Positions 53,114-64,000 of a stretch of 64,000 nt of DNA are shown here, piece after piece. A program made the translations under genes and the position numbers. The notes under the pieces are model-generated. The model saw only the letters and a program-made list of their open reading frames with translations. It ran no database searches and had not been told where the DNA came from. Position 1 is the stretch's first letter; every line of letters begins with the position of its first letter. This DNA is from Eledone cirrhosa (taxonomy: Eukaryota), in assembly GCA_964016885.1 (NCBI GenBank), contig OZ024741.1:392708001-392772000 (forward strand). Reading direction: 5' to 3'.

Positions 53114-53117
<4 letters not shown>
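52812..53117 (-). mobile_element. SINE family A
   Basis: Reverse complement of 22832-23170. Confidence 0.9.
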
Positions 53118-53148
<31 letters not shown>

Positions 53149-53150
<2 letters not shown>

Positions 53151-55935
53151 CAGAGTGTCTGTTGTAAACACTAAATCGCTCCCCCATGAAGAATGCACCT
53201 CCCAACATAGACTGATAATTAGCGACCTCATAGTCAGGACAAGACGTACTCGACAGCAGAAGAGGACTATCCTCAGGAGAAAAATATGGAAGCTAAAGGA
53301 CCCCACAGCCAGGAATAAATTTCAAAGCATATTACTTGATGCTTTCGACAGTAAGGAAGAACATTTAGAGTCGGACAATATAGAGGGAGAGTGGGAATTT
53401 CTGAAAGCAAACCTGCTGTTGGCGACAGACGAAGTCTGTGGCTGGAGTAGGCCTGTAGGCAGGAGGAGAGTAACATGGTGGTGGAACAGTAAGGTGGAGG
53501 GGTCAATTAAGGCCAAAAAGCAGGCTTGGAAAGTATGGCGGGATGGGGGAAGTAGAGAAGACTATCAAGTGGCCAGGAGGGAAGCTAGGAGACAAGTGTA
53601 CTTAACAAGAAGGGAAGCTGAGGAAAGAAAGTTCAAGCATGTTCTACAACGCGATGACCAAAAACGTGAGATGTTCAGGATTGCTAGGCAATGCGTCAAG
53701 GAAAACCATGATATTGTCGGGGAGAAGTGTGTACTAAACGATGATGGCACACTTGCCATCACCGACGCTGATAAGAAGGTAGCTTGGAAGTGTCACTATG
53801 AAAGGCTACTAAATGAGGAGAATAAATGGGAGAAAGACAGACTCCCCCATATCGACCCAATAGAGGGACCAGCAGTGTTAGTCGAGGGGAGTATAATAAG
53901 TAAGGCAATCAAGGATATGAAGATGGGTAAGGCGGCTGGGCCTTCGGAAATAGTTGCTGAGATGCTGAAGGCATCTGGCACGGTGGGACACACCATGGTC
54001 ACCCGCATAGTTAACCAAGTCGTACAGAATGGGGTTGTTCCGAAGGACTGGCATAGCAGCATCATCGTTAACTGTTATAAGGGTAAAGGAGACGCCCTAG
54101 ATAGGAGTAACTATAGAGGCATTAAATTAATCGACCAGGTCATGAAGGTCACGGAAAAAGTAATAGCACAACTAATCAGAGAGAGAATTGACCTAGATGA
54201 AATGCAGTTCGGGTTTGTGTCAGGCAAAAGTACCACAGACGCTCTTTTCATTGTACGACAACTACAGGAGAAGTACCTAGCTAAAGGTAAACCCCTCTAC
54301 TTAGCTTTTGTCGACTTGGAGAAAGCCTTCGACAGAGTCCCCCGCTCCATTATCTGGTGGGCTCTTAGAAAACTAGGCGTTGACGAATGGCTTGTGAGAG
54401 CTATACAAGCCATGTATAAAGAAACAGTCAGCAAGGTTAGAATTAACAACGAATATAGTGAAGAGTTTAGCGTAAAAGTTGGTGTTCATCAGGGCTCTGT
54501 TCTCAGCCCCCTACTATTTATTATTGCCCTTCAGGCTATAACAGAGGAGTTCAAGACCGGCTGCCCATGGGAACTCCTATACGCAGACGACCTGACACTC
54601 ATAGCGGAATCAATGGCCGAGCTAGAGAAGAAATTCCAAACATGGAAGCACGGCCTAGAATCAAAAGGCCTTAAAATTAACCTGGCTAAGACTAAAGTTC
54701 TAGTTTGTAGGAAAGAAAATAAGGCGGCGGTCCCTTCTGGGAAATGGTCATGCTCGGTGTGTAGGAAAGGCGTAGGTAGAAACTCCATTTTATGTCCTAA
54801 ATGCAAAGTATGGGTGCATAAAAGATGTAGTGGGATCACAGGTAAGCTAACTAAGAACATAGATTTTACATGTGGCCGGTGCTCTGGTGCAATAAGTAGC
54901 AGCAAGTGCCCACAAAATACTAGCTCTTTCAATTGCGCAGAGGGTTCTATAGAAATAGTGGACAGTTTCCGTTACCTGGGTGATAAAATCAGCAGTGGGG
55001 GAGGGTGCTCTGAAAGTACAGTAGCTAGAGTCAGAACTGGTTGGAAAAAGTTCAGAGAGCTTATACCACTATTAGCTGCTAAAGGGTTCTCCCTAAAAAT
55101 GAAAGGCAGGTTGTACGATGCCTGCATACGAACAGCAATGTTGCATGGCAGTGAGACCTGGACATTGTGTGCAGAGGATATACGCAGACTAGAGAGGAAC
55201 AAAGCTTGCATGCTCCGCTGGATGTGTAACAGTAATATACGTGAACGGCAAAGCATAAACGAACTAAGGAAAAAATTAGAAATAAGAGGGATCAGATGTT
55301 GTTTACTCGAGAGAAGGCTACGTTGGTATGGACACGTGATGCGCATGAAAGTCGATAGCTGTATAACAAAGTGCAGGGCAATAAAGATAGACGGTAGCCA
55401 CGGAATAGGCAGACCTAGAAAAACCTGGGACGAGCTGATAAACTCCGACCTCACACACTTACACCTCTCCAAGACAATGTCACTGGACCGAGACCTTCGG
55501 CGGTACTCAGTAACAGAGAAGACCCGCCTTACCTAAATACACAGTAAAACCTACTACAGCCAGTAGGCATCTCTAACAAAATACCCGCCCCCCCCCCGTC
55601 CCACCACCCCCACCCCATCCACACCACCCCATTCTATGTAAAGTTATGTTGGTGCCACACCATCCAGGCCGAAACAAATGAGATCGTATAGGTGTCACGA
55701 CAAAAAAACACACAGTCCACGCTGTAATGTGGCCGTGTAAGCAACACGGTAAAAACCTCCCAGACCCACACTGTAAATGTGGTTGGTGTTAGGAAGGGCA
55801 TCCAACTGTAGAAAACCTGCCAGACAGTCCTATGCGAGCAAGACAATCACTCTTGCCTCAAGTGGGACTACCCCGTCCAAACCCATGCAAGCGTGGAACA
55901 CGGACGTTAAACGTTGATGATGATGATGATGATGA
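53149..55935 (+). mobile_element. RTE LINE, young 5'-truncated copy
   Basis: Uninterrupted ORF, 3'UTR and (GAT)n tail, with (TA)n at both junctions. Confidence 0.95.
53155..55536 (+). CDS. RTE retrotransposon ORF (end of APE, RT, PHD-type finger), 793 aa, N-terminally truncated
   Basis: SQHRL, NYRGIKL, QFGF, FVDLEKAFDRV, GVHQGSVLSP, YADD, C4HC3 finger, FRYLG and GRPRKTW. Confidence 0.9.
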   Translation: MSVVNTKSLPHEECTSQHRLIISDLIVRTRRTRQQKRTILRRKIWKLKDPTARNKFQSILLDAFDSKEEHLESDNIEGEWEFLKANLLLATDEVCGWSRPVGRRRVTWWWNSKVEGSIKAKKQAWKVWRDGGSREDYQVARREARRQVYLTRREAEERKFKHVLQRDDQKREMFRIARQCVKENHDIVGEKCVLNDDGTLAITDADKKVAWKCHYERLLNEENKWEKDRLPHIDPIEGPAVLVEGSIISKAIKDMKMGKAAGPSEIVAEMLKASGTVGHTMVTRIVNQVVQNGVVPKDWHSSIIVNCYKGKGDALDRSNYRGIKLIDQVMKVTEKVIAQLIRERIDLDEMQFGFVSGKSTTDALFIVRQLQEKYLAKGKPLYLAFVDLEKAFDRVPRSIIWWALRKLGVDEWLVRAIQAMYKETVSKVRINNEYSEEFSVKVGVHQGSVLSPLLFIIALQAITEEFKTGCPWELLYADDLTLIAESMAELEKKFQTWKHGLESKGLKINLAKTKVLVCRKENKAAVPSGKWSCSVCRKGVGRNSILCPKCKVWVHKRCSGITGKLTKNIDFTCGRCSGAISSSKCPQNTSSFNCAEGSIEIVDSFRYLGDKISSGGGCSESTVARVRTGWKKFRELIPLLAAKGFSLKMKGRLYDACIRTAMLHGSETWTLCAEDIRRLERNKACMLRWMCNSNIRERQSINELRKKLEIRGIRCCLLERRLRWYGHVMRMKVDSCITKCRAIKIDGSHGIGRPRKTWDELINSDLTHLHLSKTMSLDRDLRRYSVTEKTRLT

Positions 55936-56066
55936 TATATATATCATCATCACCATCATCGTTTAACGTCCATTTTCCACGCTAGCATGGGTCTGAATGG
56001 GAATTGTCCCACTTGAGGCACGATTGGTTGTCTTTTATATATATGTATATGTACATATACGTATAA

Positions 56067-56097
<31 letters not shown>

Positions 56098-56234
56098 CAT
56101 ATATACATACATATATATATATATATATATTGTATATATATACATATATACATACATATATATATATATATATATTGTATATATATATATATATATTGTA
56201 TATATATATATATATTGTATATATATATATATAT

Positions 56235-56281
<47 letters not shown>

Positions 56282-56296
56282 ATATATATATATGTA

Positions 56297-56449
<153 letters not shown>

Positions 56450-56490
56450 GTATATATGTATATATATATATATGTATATATGTATATATA

Positions 56491-57075
56491 TACTTGCCCC
56501 CTCGACAACAACTGTCTAAAAAAAGATCTTGTCTATATATGCGATGTACTCTCAGGCCTTGATGAAAAAAGAAACTCGTACATCGGGATGACTTCTAACA
56601 GTTTTAAGACTCGCTGGTACGCCCACACACATTCGTTCCGGCGCCCAGATAAATCTAACCAAACTACACTCGCCGCCCACATCTGGCACCTTAAAAGGAA
56701 CTCCATCCCCTTCAAGACCCAATGGAGACTACTCCAGAGAGCGCGATCTTACATGGGAGGCCATAATTGCTGTGACCTCTGTATCTCCGAGAGCTATGAG
56801 ATTCTATTCGCCAAAGGCCCTCTCCTCAACAAGATCTCGGAACACTCCCCTAATTGCATGCACAAGAACTATGCAAATTACAAAAACTACAAACCCCCCC
56901 CCCCCCCCATATCACCACGCCACCCCCGTCCCCCATCCCACTTCCGTCCCTCCATCTCTCATTATTACCTTCTTTCCTCCCCTCCATCTCTCATTATTAC
57001 CTTCTTTCCTCCCCTCCAGGTCTTATATATTGTGTTGTATGCCTCTGAGTAAGGTTCCGTGGCCGCACACACACA
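56491..57075 (+). mobile_element. PLE 3' end with an intact GIY-YIG endonuclease segment (about 56491-56890)
   Basis: [51 protein letters not shown]. The 5' end abuts (TA)n. Confidence 0.85.
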
Positions 57076-57167
57076 TTCACGTATATACCTGCTCATGCTT
57101 GCATTCGTGCAGTTATGAACTGCTGCACGCACACGTTCGAGATTTATTTATTTATTTATTTATTTAC

Positions 57168-57206
<39 letters not shown>

Positions 57207-57523
57207 TCTGTTTGTTTGTTTGTTTGTTAGTTAATTCATTTATTTATTATTTAATAAGTGAATGATTAAATAATGAATAGATAAAAGATAAAAGATAGGT
57301 AATAAATAGTGAATGGTAAATAATAAATAATAATTATTTACTTGATGATAATATTAATAATTTAGTAGTGATAATAAATATTTTAATCTTTCATCAGGTT
57401 CAGTTTATAATTTGTCCCACTACTTTTTCCCAATATATATAGATACATATATGTGTGTGAACGAGTGCGAGTATGTGTATATGTGTATGTATTTGTATGT
57501 GTGTATGTGTATATATGTGTATA

Positions 57524-57560
<37 letters not shown>

Positions 57561-57654
57561 ATGTATGTGTTTGTGTGTGTGTATGTATGTGTATGTATAT
57601 GTGTGTGTATATGTATGTATATGTATGTATAGAATAGTTTATACCGAGAGACAT

Positions 57655-57683
<29 letters not shown>

Positions 57684-57688
<5 letters not shown>

Positions 57689-58055
57689 TAATAAGAGGAA
57701 TTCCAACTTTGTCTGATTTACTCGTTTTATTTACAATCCTTTAAAATATATAATGGTATTATAATGAAATAGTATGATAGAATATTAAATTCTAAGTGTT
57801 AATTGAACAAGTACTTTCATGCTTTCGCAATCTTCAGGTTCATAATATGTTTGCAATTTTCAACCCAGTTGAAAATTGGACTGTCACCACATATTATGAA
57901 CCTGAAGATTGCGAAAGCATGAAAGTACTTGTTCAATTAACACTTAGAATTTAATATTCTATCATACTATTTCATTATAATACCATTATATATTTTAAAG
58001 GATTGTAAATAAAACGAGTAAATCAGACAAAGTTGGAATTCCTCTTATTAATATA
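57684..58055. repeat. Perfect inverted repeat (about 165-bp arms, 38-bp spacer) with a hammerhead in each arm
   Basis: 57684-57850 is the reverse complement of 57889-58055, with no mismatch seen. Confidence 0.95.
57897..57935 (+). ncRNA. Minimal type I hammerhead ribozyme motif (mirror copy 57804-57842, minus)
   Basis: UGAAC-CUGAAGA-U-UGC gaaa GCA-U-GAAA-GUAC-U-U-GUUCA, with a GNRA loop II and palindromic loop III. Confidence 0.82.
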
Positions 58056-58103
58056 ATCTTCTATACACAATCATACACACCCGTGTATATTTACCTATCT
58101 ATA

Positions 58104-58142
<39 letters not shown>

Positions 58143-58197
58143 ATATGTGTATGTATGTGTATGCGCGTGTGTGTATATATGTGTGTATGTGCTTTTT

Positions 58198-58229
<32 letters not shown>

Positions 58230-58615
58230 CATATATATGTGTGTGTAAGTGTTTATGTCTGTGGTTGTGAGTATGTAAATATACTTTATTCTTTTCATTC
58301 TACAAAAACACTCTGGCCACCTGTAGCCTGTATGTTAACTTGACCACTCACCATAGAACAATGGTCTGTACCATGATTTGGTCTTGTTTATCTTCTAATA
58401 CCAACCCACCTAAAAAAATTTCCCTACTATACATCTGTTGAATTACTATTCTTGGGGTTTTTATTTATTTTTATTTATTTATTTATTTATTTACTTTTTC
58501 TTTTTATTTTACAAAAGCACTCTGGCTAATTGACCCCTCCCCAAAGAAAAAACGGTCTGTGCCATGTTATGGTCCTGTGTATCTAAATAACAACCTACCA
58601 AATATATATATATAA

Positions 58616-58645
<30 letters not shown>

Positions 58646-58649
<4 letters not shown>

Positions 58650-59250
58650 GATGAATATAAAATGAAAGTGCTTTTTTTAAAAAGGAATTTATTAGGTATT
58701 GACATATGTTTCTGTAACAGACCGAATACCTATGTATCGCTGCTTGCGTAATCATATAATGTTAGCAAGTATTCGATAGCAAATGTATAATCAGTTGTCA
58801 CTTCTTCAGAGATTTTGGATAAATTGGATAAAATCAGAAAAATTGAAGTATTTATATTAGTAATAGAGGAAGAAACAGAGGGGATAGTACATGACAGATG
58901 GTAAATTAATTTACTGCTAAACAAGTATATAATGGGTTTCTAATGAGAATACCATGAGTAAATCTAAATAAGAATTTTGGGAGTGCCAATTTTAATCTCT
59001 ACTTGACCAACTGGACAGTGGACAGGGCTGGTCATTTGGTGCAGTAGTATTAATTTTTCTGATTTTATCCAATTTATCCAAAATCTCTGAAGAAGTGACA
59101 ACTGATTATACATTTGCTATCGAATACTTGCTAACATTATATGATTACGCAAGCAGCGATACATAGGTATTCCGTCTGTTACAGAAACATATGTCAATAC
59201 CTAATAAATTCCTTTTTAAAAAAAGCACTTTCATTTTATATTCATCCTTT
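58646..59250. repeat. Long inverted repeat (about 198-bp arms, about 205-bp spacer) with a split hammerhead-like motif
   Basis: 58646-58843 versus 59052-59250, near-identical. Confidence 0.92.
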
Positions 59251-59355
59251 CTACATTTTCTCCGGAATATAATTTATACTCGTTGAGCAAACCTGCACGT
59301 ACGCTGTTCATCTCTAACGTAACGATACATTATCACTACATTATTGATAACCTGA

Positions 59356-59400
<45 letters not shown>

Positions 59401-59401
<1 letters not shown>

Positions 59402-60570
59402 CCATCTGGGAAATGGCCATGCTCAGTGTGTAGGAAAAGAGTAGGCAGAAACTCCATTTTATGGCCCAAATGCAAAGTATGGGTGCATAAAAGATGTAGT
59501 GGGATCACAGGTAAGCTAATTAAGAATATATATTTTATATGTGGCCGGTGCTCAGGCGCAATAAGTAGCAGCAAGTGCCCACAGAATACTAGCTCATTCC
59601 ATTGCACAGATGGTTCTATAGAAATAGTGGACACCTTCCATTACCTGGGTGATAAAATCAGCAGTGGGGGAGGGTGCTCTGAAAGTACAGTAGCTAGAGT
59701 CAGAACGGGATAGAAAAAGTTCAGAGAGCTTATACCACTATTAGCCGCTAAAGGGTTCTCTCTAAAAATGGAAGGCAGGCTGTATGATACCTGCATACGA
59801 ACAGCAATGTTGCATGGCAGTGAGACATGGGCATTGTGTGCAGAGGATATAAGCAGACTGGAGAGGAACGAAGCTTGCATGCTCCGTTGGATGTGTAATA
59901 GTAATATACGTGAACAGCAAAGCATAAATGAACTAAGGGAGAAATTAGGAATAAGAGGAATCAGATGTTGTTTACTTGAGAGAAGACTACGTTGGTATGG
60001 TCACGTGATGCGCATGAAAGACGACAGCTGTATAAAAAGGTGCAGGGCGATAAAAATAGACGGTAGCCACAGAGTAGGCAGACCCAGAAAAACCTGGGAC
60101 GACTTGATAAATTCCGACCTCACACACTTACACCTCTCCAAGACAATGTCATTGGACCGAGATCTTTGGCGCTACACAGTAATACCGAAGACCCGCCTTG
60201 CCTAAGTACAAAGCGAAACCTACAGTCAGTAGGCACCTCCAACAAAATTACACCCCGCTCCACCACCCCCACCTCATCCACACAACCCCTTTCGATGTAA
60301 AGTTATGTTGGTACCACAACATCCAGGCCGAAATAAATGAGGTCGTGTAGGTGTCAGGGAGAAAAAAAAAAAAAAAAAAAAAAAAAAAACACACAGTCCA
60401 AGCTGTAATGTGGCCGTGTAGGTAACATGTTAAAAACCTCCCAGTCCACACTGTAAACGTGGTTGGGGTTATGAAGGGCATCCAGCCATAGAAAACCCGC
60501 GAGACAGTCCTATACGAGCAAGACAACAAATCTTGCCTCAAGTGGGAAAACTCCCGTCCAAACCCATGCA
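59401..60570 (+). mobile_element. RTE LINE, 5'-truncated
   Basis: Starts at PSGKWPCSVC directly after (TA)n and has one stop at about 59711. Confidence 0.93.
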
Positions 60571-60908
60571 CGTGGCTTAGTGGTTAGAGCATTGGCCTTG
60601 CAATCAAAAGCTTGTGAGTTCAATTCTCAGACTGGGTGATGTGTTGTTTCCTTGAGCAAGATTCTTTATTTGACATTGCTCTAGTTTACTCAGCTGTAGA
60701 AATGAGATGATAAGGACTGGGGTCCATATCATTCCACTGCAAAGTTATCGTGGAGGTGCCACGGCAAAAAAACACCCAGCACTCACTGTAAATGAGGTTG
60801 GTGTTAGGAAGGGCATCCAGCTGTAGAAATCAAGCCAGCATCAGTTCCCATCCCACCCTTGCAAGCAGGGAAAAAGCGGACGTAAAATGAAATGATGATG
60901 ATGATTAT
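60571..60908 (+). mobile_element. SINE family A joined directly to an RTE 3'UTR
   Basis: TGGCTTAGTGG head directly after AACCCATGCA. Confidence 0.88.
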
Positions 60909-60909
60909 G

Positions 60910-61556
<647 letters not shown>

Positions 61557-61737
61557 CGTTATTCCGGGTTGAATCGGAGGTAACCACAGTAAGTAAGGTA
61601 CTCAATACATAGCAGAGTATAAAAGTTTTAATATAGATGAGATTCTACAGGACTAGAACTGTTTCATTCATTAGAAATCATCAGGAATCCCTGATGATTT
61701 CTAATGAATGAAACAGTTCTAGTCCTGTAGAATCTCA

Positions 61738-61745
<8 letters not shown>
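61557..61745. mobile_element. Short fold-back element: 55-bp perfect arms (61631-61685 / 61690-61744) with hammerhead cores back to back
   Basis: ..TCATCAGG aatc CCTGATGA-T-TTC taat GAA-T-GAAACAGTT.., with (TA)n on both sides. Confidence 0.75.
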
Positions 61746-61789
<44 letters not shown>

Positions 61790-61824
61790 AATATAAATAA
61801 ATATATATATATATATAAATAAAT

Positions 61825-61897
<73 letters not shown>

Positions 61898-61902
61898 AAT
61901 AA

Positions 61903-61933
<31 letters not shown>

Positions 61934-62015
61934 TATATATTTATTTATATATATATATTTATATATTTATTTATATATATATATTTATATATTTATTTAT
62001 ATATATATATTTATA

Positions 62016-62061
<46 letters not shown>

Positions 62062-62250
62062 TATATATATAAATATATAATAAATACAATACCGGAGAAA
62101 GCTTTTTAGCGATACTCCGGCCAAATTCCATCTCACTCAACAAACATTAGGAAATAAGTGATTATATTCCCAATTATGTGTTCGGGGTGCTAACTAAAAG
62201 TATTACGTGGAAAATTGGCTGTATTATTTCAAATGAGACATATCTAATAT

Positions 62251-62263
62251 TATAAATATATAA

Positions 62264-62298
<35 letters not shown>

Positions 62299-62407
62299 AA
62301 TATATATATAAATATATATATAAATATATATATAAATATATATATAAATATATATATATAAATATATATAAATATATATATATAAATATATATAAATATA
62401 TATAAAT

Positions 62408-62452
<45 letters not shown>

Positions 62453-62459
62453 TATATAA

Positions 62460-62542
<83 letters not shown>

Positions 62543-62549
62543 TATATAA

Positions 62550-62592
<43 letters not shown>

Positions 62593-62635
62593 TATATAAA
62601 TATATATATAAATATATATATAAATATATATATAA

Positions 62636-62696
<61 letters not shown>

Positions 62697-62723
62697 AATA
62701 TATATATAAATATATATATAAAT

Positions 62724-62816
<93 letters not shown>

Positions 62817-62857
62817 AATATATATATAAATATATATATAAATATATATATAAATAT

Positions 62858-62912
<55 letters not shown>

Positions 62913-62953
62913 AATATATATATAAATATATATATATATAAATATATAAATAT

Positions 62954-62986
<33 letters not shown>
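62251..62986. repeat. (TA)n/(TAAA)n tract
   Basis: Direct reading of the sequence. Confidence 0.95.
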
Positions 62987-62989
62987 CAC

Positions 62990-63448
62990 ACCCTCGTCTC
63001 ACCACCCCCACCCCATCCACACCACCCCTTTCAATGTAAAGTTATGTTGGTGCCACAACATCCAGGCCGAAACAAATGAGATCGTGTAGGTGTCACGACA
63101 AAAAACACACAGTCCACGCTGTAATGTGGCCGTGTAGGCAACACGGTAAAAACCTCCCAGCCCCACACTGTAAATGTCGTGGGTGTTAGGAAGGGCATCC
63201 AGCTGTAGAAAACCCGCCAGACAGTCCACGCTGTAATGTGGCCGTGTAGGCAACACGGTAAAAACCTCCCAGCCCTACACTGTAAATGTGGTTGGTGTTA
63301 GGAAGGGCATCCAGCTGTAGAAAACCCGCCAGACAGTCCTTTGCGAGCAAGACAACCACTCTTGCCTCAAGTGGGAAAACCCCGTCCAAAACCCATGCAA
63401 GCGTGGAACACGGACGTTAAACGTTGATGATGATGATGATGAGGATGA
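62990..63448 (+). mobile_element. RTE 3'UTR with an internal ~114-bp tandem duplication
   Basis: ACAGTCCACGCTGTAATG..CCCGCCAG occurs at about 63108 and about 63221, followed by a (GAT)n tail. Confidence 0.88.
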
Positions 63449-63521
63449 TAAATAAATATATATAAATATATATATATAAGTATATATATATAAGTATATA
63501 TATATAAGTATATATATATAA

Positions 63522-63574
<53 letters not shown>

Positions 63575-63670
63575 GACATGCCCATGAAAATCATACCTTA
63601 TCGGTTGGATATTCTCTGGATAGAGAATATATGTATATATATATATATATAATATATATAAATATATATT

Positions 63671-63715
<45 letters not shown>

Positions 63716-63757
63716 ATATATATATGTATATATATATAAGTATATATGTATATATAC

Positions 63758-63812
<55 letters not shown>

Positions 63813-63870
63813 AGTATATATATATATGTATATATATATATGTATATATATATGTATATAAATATATGTG

Positions 63871-63904
<34 letters not shown>

Positions 63905-64000
63905 ATGTACATATATATATATGTATATATATATATTTGTATATGTATAGATATATAAATATATATATATATATTTGTATATATATATATGTATAAATAT

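Noticed and set aside
57040-57400. CTGAGTAAGG..CC at 57045 and reverse CTGATGA near 57392
   Set aside because: No GAAA or stem III partner, so these are half-motifs only.

Overview
Repeat-dense, AT-rich animal DNA, most likely an octopod cephalopod (inferred from the (TA)n load and the SINE/RTE repertoire). The only recognisable host coding sequence is a 126-bp minus-strand exon (12980-13105) of a ryanodine receptor gene, equivalent to RyR exon 2 and missed by the ORF track. The rest of the window is therefore probably RyR intron. It is filled with RTE-clade LINEs (one uninterrupted 793-aa 5'-truncated ORF with a PHD-type finger), CRE-like and CR1-like fragments, two tRNA-derived SINE families, hAT and piggyBac MITEs, Penelope-like (PLE) RT/GIY-YIG remnants, a 3.9-kb 25-bp minisatellite and long (TA)n tracts. 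The most striking signal is a set of short non-coding elements from several apparently unrelated sequence families, each carrying a minimal type I hammerhead ribozyme motif (CUGANGA/stem II/GAAA/palindromic loop III/NUH/stem I). Most sit in or beside (TA)n tracts. Five form fold-backs in which the ribozyme-sense strands point outward. Coordinates were read by eye, and element boundaries are approximate.
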